NCBI GenBank assembly: GCA_001938485.1
Contig: MQRK01219226.1
Span: 1 to 53,039 of the forward strand
Direction of reading: 5' to 3'
Length of the DNA stretch: 53,039 nt
DNA from: Girardia tigrina
Taxonomy: Eukaryota
The position numbers were made by a program, and so were the translations under genes. The notes beneath the pieces are model-generated. The model did no database searches, had not been told where the DNA came from, and saw only the letters and a program-made list of their open reading frames with translations. How positions within the stretch are numbered: position 1 is the first letter of the stretch; every line of letters starts with the position of its first letter. Shown piece after piece: positions 37,801 through 47,808 of the stretch.

Positions 37801-40043
37801 GTATATGAAATTGATGATTATGCAATCTATTAAGTAACATTAATCGAAGACTCTTACCACATTGTTTAAGACTGCTATTCGAACATTAATTTTAGAGTCA
37901 CAAGACCTTATTAACAAAGCTTCACATGACATTTCCCAATAATTTTTTAAGTGTTTACATAGAATTTGGAAATCATTTATACTCAAATCACATTTAAAAG
38001 TTGTCCTATGTTCAGCAATATTACTCTTACCCTTCTATAGGCATGTTCTTGCACTTGTTTGCAGAGATGAAGGGCAGTCTCTTCAACGTATTGCACTCAT
38101 TACACGTATACTGATAAACAACCTCCGAACACAAACTCAGAGGAGTAGGTGTTTCATTACTAAAATTATTTTCAACTTTAAATGACTGAGATATGATTTT
38201 TCAATTTAAAAGATTATTTGTTGCTTTAAGAATATAATTCTTTAGATGTTTCAATCCTTCAGAATAAGGTAAGCTCAATTTGTAACCCAGTACGAAAAAA
38301 TTTTCAATCTTAAGATCCTTCTCGGCTTCATCTTTCACTTTTTTATCCATAGGTGAAATAATGGTTTCTTTGAACTGAGAAATCTTAATAGGTTCTCTTT
38401 CAATTATTTTGTCTAAAGTCTCACGAGTGAATTTCCCAATAAAAGATTTTAAATAACCATTGTTATTCAACAATTTACTCAATGTTTCAATGCTTTTATT
38501 AGAATTAATAAAAGTAGAAGAAAGAAATGAAGAAAGATAAAAAAACCTTTGATCATATTCCTCTTATATCTAGACTCCCAAAAGCTGTCTGGTGATGTGT
38601 ATAAACTAGTATCCGTTTTCTTACGATCAATTTTTGTGTCAAAATGATCGTATTTTTCATCAATTAATAAATCTAGATACCGTAATTAATGAAGCTTTGT
38701 TAATAAAGTCTCGTGATCCTAAACTTAATGTTCAAACGGCACTCTTAAACAATTCGTTTAGAGTTTTCTATTAATTTTACGTTATTGATTACATAATCAT
38801 CAATTTCATTTACATATAAGCAGTAAAAAATCAGTGATCTGAAGATGACGGTAAAACCGTCTAAATATATTATCACAAAAAATATATTTTTAAATGCTGT
38901 TTTGGATAATTATTAGAGACATGGTGGACTGGAATGAATTCTGTTTTTGGGAAGAGTAAATGTAGTCTCGAGGATCGTATATTTGATAAAAGAAAATTGT
39001 TGAGAGATTCCTTGACGAAGAATGGAAAAACTATGGGGTTCAAACACAAACATTCTATAATCTCAAATATTCAGTTCATGTTTTTTTAATAATAAAATCT
39101 AATTATCTTTTTTATAAAAAAATTGGATGTGGAATTAATTTCAAGTTTGATTTATTTAGTTAAAATGGTTACAAAAACGGTTTAGGTAAGCCAAATTAAT
39201 TTCAAACCTATGAGGAATATTTTAAATTTAGTATATTGAGCTCAGTATTTGGAAATAAATTTCTCCAACCCAGATGGAAAATTGATATTTTGGATGTTCG
39301 CGATGAGTTATTTTTCGAGCATGATTTACATTTTAAACTGCAACATATAAAAAAATATTATACAAATTTAAACTATTAAAAAGAAATTATTAATTTTGTT
39401 AAAGTAAAAGAAATAAACTGAAATTTTTAAAAACCGATTTATTAAAAAGTTTTTTAATGAAATCATTAAAATTAAATTAATTGTGTGAAACGGAAATCTT
39501 TGTTTGAATAATTATTTTAAAACGATTAGCAATTTAGATTGGTGTCAACTTACGAATTTTTGTGGAGAATTGTCCTAGATACAATTCAAATTGTGATAGT
39601 AATAAAAATTCTGGAAATCAAATTTACGTTCTTAATAAAAGAGAAATTAAATCTTTCACGCACAAAAATGATGAAAACAGCAAGTTTTTATGATAAATTT
39701 TAAATTACTTAATAAAAATTACAAAGAAAGATTAACATGCATTAATGTATACAGTCAATACCAAAGGAATTACAAAAATAAAAGTCATTATAAAACTTTT
39801 CACTCTCAAACCGACCTTCTCTGATGCTCATTCAGTGCAAATCTGTATATTATATTTATCAAATAATAAAGTCCTACATAAATTAGCAAGTCTATCCATA
39901 GAAGTTTGTATAAACTTCCTTTCCAGCTAAATATAAGAAAAAATTACCTTATATTAGTCAAAGAAGACGTACCGCATAAAAAGCGTGTAGATGCAGGTGA
40001 GACCCTGTCCGTCTGATATTTCCGCGGCGTACGATATCGTCAT
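25574..40043 (-). CDS. BEST: Bestrophin family Ca2+-activated chloride channel, conserved core (8 exons: 40043-39973, 39926-39816, 35329-35176, 35128-34918, 28481-28279, 27977-27900, 26025-25873, 25828-25578)
   Basis: Manual splicing at GT..AG boundaries gives one continuous frame: MTISYAAEISDGQGLTCIYTLFMRWKGSLYKLLW...[96 protein letters not shown]. These are hallmark bestrophin motifs, and all intron phases are consistent. Family level only; the paralog cannot be assigned. Confidence 0.96.
25873..26025 (-). CDS. BEST: Bestrophin exon 7
   Basis: [43 protein letters not shown]; followed by a 44-nt intron. Confidence 0.94.
26176..26256. mobile_element. 81-bp MITE with TA TSD
   Basis: CACCTAATTCTGTTTTTACGCGAT / ATCGTGTAAAAACAGAATTAGGTG. 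Abuts a second MITE (CCGTATTT..AAATACGG, about 26259-26462). Confidence 0.8.
27900..27977 (-). CDS. BEST: Bestrophin exon 6
   Basis: EVEELREQMQNLQIYSNILIPLVYTQ|gtgagt. Confidence 0.93.
28279..28481 (-). CDS. BEST: Bestrophin exon 5
   Basis: ttcatag|..IITPSEIRAFE..EYWVPIQWASRII..GFISDPRTMTSLNE|gt. Confidence 0.9.
29388..30300 (-). mobile_element. Tc1-like remnant spanning an N gap
   Basis: TA|CAGTGCGGTTCATAAGT terminus; SCFSKFGVGVLKRINGNLN resembles WGCF..GVG.L..I.G.LN. Confidence 0.6.
30415..31975 (-). mobile_element. Ty3/gypsy pol remnant (RNase H, integrase, C-terminal tail, PPT, start of 3' LTR)
   Basis: GYCITRKELLAMYYFCQHFNHYLYG.RFTLRTNHKA..HSNADM.SR; CEAC; VYIDI..IHTD..SSPYHHNSN..VERCFRTI; RPYVVIEKI; purine tract AAAAAAAGGGGGA at about 30561-30573. 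Frameshifted. Confidence 0.92.
32814..33830 (-). mobile_element. pogo/Tigger (CENP-B-like) transposase pseudogene
   Basis: INRSTISKILK (HTH), FDEELRDWF..LSEGWLLLFKNRHGI (CENP-B HTH), VYNMDET, ESAWM, LLLLDNAPPH, LPTN.TSKIQLLD..II.AFK..Y (DDE_1). Broken by frameshifts. Confidence 0.92.
34918..35128 (-). CDS. BEST: Bestrophin exon 4
   Basis: [43 protein letters not shown]...SDE; phase-1 donor gtaatt. Confidence 0.9.
35176..35329 (-). CDS. BEST: Bestrophin exon 3
   Basis: [51 protein letters not shown]; acceptor ttgcag, donor gtatta; followed by a 47-nt intron. Confidence 0.94.
36871..36912 (-). ncRNA. Second copy of the hammerhead motif (degenerate)
   Basis: GTGAT-CTGAAGA-T-GACGG-taaa-CCATC-GA(T)A-TATATT-ATCAC. 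Confidence 0.65.
36940..37801. mobile_element. Tc1/mariner-type element with 26-bp TIRs and TA TSD, interior mostly gap
   Basis: TA|CAGGGTGCGGCAGCTATTTGAGAACA ... TGTTCTCAAATAGCTGCCGCACCCTG|TA; interrupts a Penelope-like terminal repeat. Confidence 0.88.
38834..38876 (+). ncRNA. Minimal type-I hammerhead ribozyme motif (degenerate) in a Penelope pseudo-LTR
   Basis: GTGAT-CTGAAGA-T-GACGG-taaaa-CCGTC-(T)AAA-TATATT-ATCAC: stem I, CUGANGA core, stem II, GAAA with one substitution, palindromic stem III. Confidence 0.7.
39816..39926 (-). CDS. BEST: Bestrophin exon 2
   Basis: tttag|C TGG AAA GGA AGT TTA TAC AAA = WKGSLYKLLW, then TM1; donor AG|gtcggt. Confidence 0.93.
39973..40043 (-). CDS. BEST: Bestrophin exon 1 (start codon)
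   Basis: ATG ACG ATA TCG TAC = MTISY (cf. MTVTY); donor CG|gtacgt; followed by a 46-nt intron. Confidence 0.92.
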
Positions 40044-40140
40044 GGTAAATCACAAAAACATATTTTTTCAGTATTTTATGGCGCATTTTTGCCCAATTAT
40101 CTAACAATAGAATTTGATTGGATAAAATAATTTTTAATTA

Positions 40141-40179
<39 letters not shown>

Positions 40180-40996
40180 TGTTTATAAAATAAAATTAAA
40201 ACTAGATTTATTTTTCGGAATTATATATTTTTGGATGTTGCATTATTTTTTTAATAATTCTTATTATTTATATACTTAATATGATATAATTTATTTTTTA
40301 TAAAATAAAAAATAACTAAATCATATGAAAAAAATATTGTTAATTATATTTTCAAAAAATTGAATCAAAATTAAATACTGATCCAATATAAAACTAATTT
40401 ATAAAAATTTCCTTTGATCAAATCCCTTTTTCATTAATTTGAATCGAATTTAAAAATTTTAATTTTATTTGTAATAAAATAATGACAAAGGTAATAATAA
40501 TATTAGCAATAGAACGTCTTACCACTGTATTATTCCAACGAATAAATCATTTAAACACTAAAATTTTTAAGCGATTGTCAATTCCTGAAAATCGTAACGG
40601 AAAAACAATCGTGTAAATGAGGAAAGAAAATGAAATCAAAATGTACATAAATCAAAAAATTACAAAAAATTGTTATTTGTTTAAATAATATGAAAAACAA
40701 CAACTTTTCAAAAAATTTATGAATGTGACAACAAAAAAATGTTGACTGTTTTAAAAAAAATTAACAATTTTGATTTCATTGTTTGTTCTGATATGAATCC
40801 AGTCTTGATTTTATTTTCACCTCGTATGCTACTGACTCTGTACTCACGCCACTTATCACTGATGGATAATCGAACCGATTTTCGGCTTCCATATTATCGA
40901 AGGATTCTTAAATCATCTTTTGATCGAGCGCGAGGAACCATAGAAGCTCCCTCGACATCTGACGATGCTTAAATAATTAAATCAAATAATGATAAT

Positions 40997-43064
40997 TGTA
41001 GTGCCCTACTTATTATTGTTATTAAAATTAATAATTAGGAAAATTATTGAAATTGATTATTATGGATTTTAATTAACAGTAATAAATTTTTTTAATAATG
41101 AATAAATTTATTTCGTTCGTGGATTTATTATTTCGGTAGATTGAGGACACTTTCTGTCCTCAACAATTGGTGTCAGAAAACAAAGAACCCACAAAACATA
41201 TCCCAAAAACATCAGAAGAAAAAAAAGAAGAATAAGCCTCCATCGAAAAAGAAAAATTCTTCGAAAAGAAATTTTAACCAGTTAATCCAGGAAGTATTAT
41301 CCACATATCAATAAGATAATCTGTCGCAGTTAAACGTAAAATACAATTTTCTATTAAACGCAATGGAAAGATTGCTTTTCGATGTACAAAAAAATGTGGA
41401 ATACTCTTACCAAAAAATTATGTTTTCATACAAACCCAAATTTAATCTCACAAATACAAACACCGTCAAAACACAAACAAACAAATTATCAAATCATATT
41501 AATCATTTAAACATCAACTTCACCAACCCTCGCACACCACAATTCCACAATAACACACCGGTCAGTATACCTGAAAACAGAATTCTGTTTAATGAGAAAA
41601 TATACAATCACACAGCAAACAATTTAAATTTTCACTCTTTTAATACGCTTCTCAAGAAAATAGAAAATATTGAAAACGGAATACAAATATTGAAAACGGA
41701 AATATTCAAATTAAAAAAACAACAATAAAAATGGAGAACAAGTTCGTCAATTATGACGTAAAGGATTTTGGAAAACAGAAACAAACAAACATCTGTTGGT
41801 ATCGCCTGAATTTTAACGAAAATGCTTTTAATGTCAATAACCGTGTTCTTCCAGACAAGAAAAACATACTCACAAAACAAAATTTCGAACCTTTTTCAAA
41901 TCAAAAATGATTTTAACAAAAATTACATCACTCACTTTATAACTCAGACAAAAAAATGTACTTTCAAAATCGAACTGCAGAATAAGTCAATCAGATTTTT
42001 TGGAAATAAAAAAACCAACAGAAATTCAAGTAAAAAATACATATTCAGATAACTATCATATCAACATTTCTAAATTAACGTATAATCAAATACAAGCAAC
42101 AGAAAAAATATTCACAACTAAAACAATCCGTCAAGGAAGTGCTAAACGAAAGTACTGAAACCAAAACACTCATAAATCAATATTGTCAAACAATGGGTAT
42201 AACAATGATACACCAGGAAACTCGGACAAATCAAATAATGTCCCACAATATTTCAACTCAAACAGAAAAAGCTTCTGTAAACAAAACAGTTCAGACCATC
42301 CATAATGAAAGTATAAAATACAAAGACAAATATACACTAACAGTAAATACTGAAAATAATCAACTTATGAACAAAGAAAATTTTCCTGATTCAAAAAATG
42401 AAACTGAGCCAATAAATGAGGACAAAAACTCTATAGAATTAGATTTCGAAAAGAAAGAACTGAAAATCATCAGACTAAAAATCAAATCAACTCAATATGT
42501 TATAACAATGTTAAACATCAAGATAACAATATTAAAACAGAAAAAAAACATTAACCACGAACTTTGAGACTTAAATTTACACGCGAAACTAATTCAAAGT
42601 ATAAATTTATTACTGATGTCGAAAAACAATCTACAGACCTATTTTTGAAGGCTTTAGTCAGAAACAAGACAGACGGTGGTTACAACGGACCATACAAAAT
42701 AATAGATATGACCAAACATTATTTTATTCTAGATGTAATGGGCACGCCAACTCAAATTAACGAAAAAAGAATACAATTCATCTCTGACATAGAATTAAAT
42801 AATTGGCATCTGTGTCTACTAGATGAAAGAATTCGAAAAAGAATAATTCCTAAAAAGGTTTCTCGACAGTAACGTTCCACTTATAAAAGGGGGGCTTATG
42901 TAGTGCCTTACTTATTATTGTTATTAAAATTAATAATTAAGAAAATTAATGAAATTGATTATGGATTTTAATTAACAGTAATAAAATTGTTTAATAATGA
43001 ATAAATTTATTTCGTTCGTGGATGTATTATTTCGGTAGATTGAGGACACTTTCTGTCCTCAACA
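40997..43064 (+). mobile_element. Complete non-autonomous Ty3/gypsy-derived LTR retrotransposon (~2.07 kb)
   Basis: LTRs at 40997-41165 and 42899-43064 (TG..CA; about 6 substitutions and one 3-bp indel between them). 5-bp TSD ATAAT (40992-40996, 43065-43069); PBS TGGTGTCAGAA at 41168; PPT AAAAGGGGGG at 42885-42894. Interior has a degenerate CHCC gag knuckle and a GPY/F integrase tail; no RT is recognisable. Confidence 0.93.
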
Positions 43065-45895
43065 ATAATCATGATAATTAAATACCGGTGCTGACGGACT
43101 TATCAAACAGGATCAATGAACGATAGGTACACAGAAGCAAGGTACACTGCTAAACAGCGGTCTAAATTGATCGATCCAACTCAATCACAGTGCGATGAGC
43201 AGAGTACTGAAATACCGTCGAACTGCGTCCGATTTATGGGTCGACTTCACTTGCTGCGGCAAAATCTAACACAATTATGTCGTCCGGCGTCCGATCAAAG
43301 AGCTGATTGACCCTAACTATTTGAACATAATTAAAATAATAATAACGAACCGATAATAATCAGATAACTTTAAATTATTTTATTATATTGGAAAAATTAG
43401 CAATTAAATTAAAATTTTGTATTAAAAAAGTATTTAAATGGATGTAAAATCTGTATAGTGAAAACAGGAACAAACTGACTATATGTTAACCTCTTCATGC
43501 GTAATAAAAATAAATATTTAGATTATTCAGTCCTATTCATGACATTCTTTGTTAGAACTTTAATTTCACGGATCCTTGACAATATCAGGCACTTAGGAAA
43601 CCTTTTTTTCTCCAAAGAAAAGGCCATTGCCACTGCCTCAGTCCGATCCGATAGAAAATTGTTGATCAGAATGCGAGGAGCATTTAGTGATTCTTAAGAT
43701 ACATCCAACCTCCGTCTCAAAATTTGAAGATTATTGGCGCAATCTGAGGAGCTCACATAAACTCGAAGATGGAGCTATTCTCAATGCATATGATGTTGAA
43801 ACTGAAGCCTGTGACGATTTTGAACTTACAAAGGAGCTGAAATGATACTTCTCTAACTGATGAATGAAACTGGTAAAACAATTCTCATTTGAATATACAC
43901 TACCGTTCAGTTCACATGCTGTGAACTCGGAAATGGCGAACCACGTTTATTGTAGAAAATACAGAGCACATGTCTCAAAAAAAGTATTGTGGATATTCGA
44001 GTTCATTTTTTTGAACACCGAAATTTATTTATATAACAATTCACATATTTAAAACAAATTTTCCTGTTAATTTAATTATCTCGCACAAATTAATCCATTA
44101 AATTCTTTTCGATTCAATTTTTAAAATCCAGAAAATTTATTTCAAAAATTTATTTCAAAAATTATTTTTAAAATTTATTTAAAATTGCTTATTAAAAATA
44201 CTTATATTTATAAATAAATATTTAATATTTTATAATTTTCTTAACATTTTTAATTTAAGATATTTAATAGATACATTAAAAGATATTTTTTATTTTTAAA
44301 TAGATATTTAATTTTTTATGATTTTCTTTTATTATATCATTTTTAATTTTTTTTAAATATTTAAAAACACATTAAAAATATTTTATTTTTAAAAACGTTG
44401 TTGATTTTTGTAATAGTTGTTGTATTATATCATTTTTAATTTTAAAATATTGAATATGCTTCTTAACATTAAAATATTTTACCCTTTAAATTAAAAAAAT
44501 AATAAATTATTCTGGCGAGATAAAATTTAAATTAACCCCTCATAAAGCCTATTATACAAGTATATGAAAAATCAATTTTTTACACATATGTACTCATTAC
44601 ATCACACTCCGACAATGACACACACTCAATTGGTGGTAATTTACCTGTGATTCGAACTCAAATAAATCGCCAAAAACAAACAAATTTAAATAATCTTCAA
44701 ATATCGATAAAATTTGTCAAAAAATACACTTAAATCAAATTCAAACGGAAATGATAAGAAAGACAAGAAAATACCACTTTGATTTATTTATTTTATTTAA
44801 TTATTCGTGTAGTGACCAAAAATTCCCCCAATTCGAAATCGGAATAAATTTGGTGATTTTAGTTCCGATACTATATGAATTATCAATGAAAGAAGCTAAT
44901 CTCCGTTAAATTGTGGACGATTTGAGTTCGCATGATCCTTAAACAGAAAAAAAATAAATCAAAAACATTTCAAAAATTTTCCTTATTTGAATTTGAGAGA
45001 TCAAATTTGAAATCTTCAACAAATTTATTTGATTGCAAAACATCACCGGAATTAATTTGGTTTTTTTTTCGTTTTTTGTACAGATAATAAATTATTTGTG
45101 AAACTGCCCGTTGGCATAAGAGGTAGACAATGATCTATGATTTAGCAAGAATGTTTGTTCTGTAAATATTACTGGATTTTTTATTTGATTTTTTATTAAT
45201 ACCAAGATTATTGTGAATGGTTTTAAAAAAATTGTGTTTTTGTTGAAACGAAATAAATTAATTAAAAAATTGCGCACTTTCGATTTTATTTACGCAAAAT
45301 AATAATTGGATAAAAATTCTCATTTTGTCTCAGAACAGACTTGCAATTCGAAACCACTTTTTTTTCTTCCCGAATTTTGTAAACGCGATTCTTAAAAAAC
45401 ATTGGAATGAATTATTCTGAATTGTATTCACTCGCGTTCCGAGTGAGATTGGAATGAGTTATCGAATTCGAACGCGCGCGTCACCGCTCGACTCGTGATG
45501 TTTTATTTGTCGACCGCGGCGATTCCAACCGCATCGCGCGAGGGCATGATGGCGGCCCTATTGTACTTAAAGATGCGCCATCCAAAGCCGGTAAGTTGAT
45601 TTTTATTGGAGCCGGTTCTGTCCCCCCATTTTGGCAGAAAAAACAGCGTGGTTCAGGGCGTACGTCCGCGCGTCAAGTGCAGCCTCTCACGCCCCATGCT
45701 TTAATTCGTTTTATAATTAATCATTTTTTTATTTACTTTTAATCATTTTTTGAAATTATTTAATTATTTACTTTACTTATTTATTTAATTATTATTAAAT
45801 TTCCCAATGGGTGAAATGTTCGGTCAATCTTACTTTTCCACCCCATATTGTTTAGGTCACTTGATTAAACTTATTATTTTTTATAAATAAATGTA

Positions 45896-46254
45896 TCTTA
45901 TCTTATAAAAGCCCAAGTCACTCACTGCCTGCCTCACTGCCTCACTAACGCTGTAAGGTAAATTTTATATATTATTTACTTACAATTGTAAATAGATAAT
46001 AAAATTAATTTAATTTTTTCGAGGCAAAAATCGTTTTACGGGTTAGGATTATGGTTTAGGTTAAGGGTTAGGTTAGGGTTAGGGTTAGCGTTTGGATTAT
46101 AGTTTGTAAAGAAAATAAAAAAAGTAAATTTAAAAATTAAACATCCAATTCGAAACAATAAATAATAAATTATAACTACGATTTTTTAATTAAAACAGAA
46201 ACTTTAAAAGATGAAATTTATCTCCCCCGTCATACATGACGGGTATTGTCCTAG
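45896..46254 (+). mobile_element. Non-autonomous Helitron containing TTAGGG-like repeats
   Basis: A|TC.. start, (CTCACTGC)-type microrepeat, GGTTAG/TTAGGG tract at about 46040-46090, 3' hairpin CCCGTCA-taca-TGACGGG (46226-46243), then CTAG|T. Confidence 0.85.
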
Positions 46255-46284
46255 TATAAATATATTGAAACATAATATAATTTA

Positions 46285-47808
46285 TTAAACAATACATAAT
46301 TTTTTTGATTTTTCAATTAAATTTTTGAATTTTTCGTTATAATCCTTCGGCAGTTCGATGTCTTCAGGGAACTCGAAAATTGGTTTAATCTTTTCTTTCA
46401 ACAAAGTTTGAAAATCAGTTAACATTGCGGTGACGTCGTCGACCCGGTGGTAGCATATGAAAGAAAAAGTGGAATAAGAAATAGAATATAAAGCCGCGGC
46501 TAATTGGAAACATAAATTATATTGAGTTTCAAAGATTTGAAAATCTTCCTCAAAAAGAGCACTTGAATGAGTCTGGAGGATAAAACCCACTTTAGGAAAT
46601 TTATCAATAACCAAAATTCGGTTTAGGTTCAAGTTAGCCATTAACAATGTCCTATCCAGAAAATTCAAAGTCTTTAAATTTTCAATAAATTTAGAAATTA
46701 ATTTAAGAAGTACTTTCCAATGATAAAAAGTTGTAGGAAAAATGTCATTGATAATCGATTCAATAATTCTGTAAAGGTTCTTCTCTTTTTCCAAAAACCC
46801 TTTGATCTTTTCATCAGAGTGGTCTCGAATATGGACAACCATATCATCTTTTGGTTGACATTTGAAGAAGCAATGATCCACTTTCAGTTGGAAGAACATC
46901 ATGCAGTCAATACACAATCCTCGCCGACAAGAGACACATTCAGATGTACCCCTCGATTGATGGAGACCCTTCTGACACACCATACAGCACTTATTGATCG
47001 GATCAGTAATTGATTGATATTTGTCGAGTTTTATGTGATTGATGAATTTAAGAAATAAAACTCTATTAAATTTTACTGAATTTTTAACAATGGTTTGAAT
47101 TGCGTTAGCGTAGGCAAACAAAATTTTAAGACACTTCTTTAAGTCGTCCATATTAAACTTTTGATTAAAATACGAGGACAAAAGACTCCAAATAAAAGTA
47201 TAATTATAATATTTATGCAACTGAGTATGTTGAGACTTTACAATACATTCACCCAACAAATTCATGTATTTTATATTTGGGTCCAAAGTATTTGTGATAA
47301 ATTTTTGGTTTTTCTCTACTTTTTCTGATAGGGAAATTGAGTTTCTAATATTTTGATCCGATTGGATACTTTTATGTGAATTTATGTCTTTCTTAATTTG
47401 TGTTATTAATTCTTTACATTCTTCATTACACATTTGGATGCATTCTTCGAATGTGTCCTCGGGGAGGTTTAAGATATGATTAAATCGTTCCTTCATTTTT
47501 TCGGTGCCATCATTAAATAATGACGTATAAGGGTAGAGTTCTTCAATTAATTTAGATATGATGTCGATATAGAGGTCGGTGAGGGTATCCGTGATGAACT
47601 CTTTTATTGTTTTCGAAAGAATAACTCGATCGAACTGATCCACATGGGCCACATTCGTTATCTTTGACCGGTCCAAAGGACAAATCGGTTTTCTTGTAAC
47701 CCAATTAGTCGAACACTCATTACAAAACGAATGGCCACAATCTTCAAATCTTGTAAAAAAAATGGTTTCGCTGAGGCAAATCGTACATTCTTTTTTGCTT
47801 TCTAACAT
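46285..47808 (-). CDS. Intronless 507-aa RING-finger protein (putative E3 ubiquitin ligase) with a second internal RING-like Cys cluster
   Basis: Long uninterrupted ORF in AT-rich DNA. N-terminal C3HC4-type RING CTIC-x10-CGHSFCNEC-x10-CPLD; second cluster CMVC..CVSC..CIDC..CFFKC at about aa 275-317. Confidence 0.9.
   Translation of the reverse strand: MLESKKECTICLSETIFFTRFEDCGHSFCNECSTNWVTRKPICPLDRSKITNVAHVDQFDRVILSKTIKEFITDTLTDLYIDIISKLIEELYPYTSLFNDGTEKMKERFNHILNLPEDTFEECIQMCNEECKELITQIKKDINSHKSIQSDQNIRNSISLSEKVEKNQKFITNTLDPNIKYMNLLGECIVKSQHTQLHKYYNYTFIWSLLSSYFNQKFNMDDLKKCLKILFAYANAIQTIVKNSVKFNRVLFLKFINHIKLDKYQSITDPINKCCMVCQKGLHQSRGTSECVSCRRGLCIDCMMFFQLKVDHCFFKCQPKDDMVVHIRDHSDEKIKGFLEKEKNLYRIIESIINDIFPTTFYHWKVLLKLISKFIENLKTLNFLDRTLLMANLNLNRILVIDKFPKVGFILQTHSSALFEEDFQIFETQYNLCFQLAAALYSISYSTFSFICYHRVDDVTAMLTDFQTLLKEKIKPIFEFPEDIELPKDYNEKFKNLIEKSKKLCIV

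Larger units (their letters stand above)
36860..38890 (-). mobile_element. Penelope-like element remnant (RT thumb + GIY-YIG region) with inverted pseudo-LTRs
   Basis: YLDLLI..FDTKIDRKKTDT..NGY..LPY..SNIAEH..FQIL..EALLIR...KINV. Segment 38690-38890 (+) is an inverted copy of the 3' end (37930-37802 plus 36939-36860). Confidence 0.8.

Noticed and set aside
45600-45625. ACAGAACCGGCT on the minus strand resembling RNase P CR-V
   Set aside because: No complementary CR-I/P4 partner found; better explained as intron sequence.
46040-46090. True telomere
   Set aside because: Short, degenerate, interstitial and inside a Helitron.
46720-47013. 97-aa plus-strand ORF
   Set aside because: Antisense shadow of the RING CDS; no motifs.
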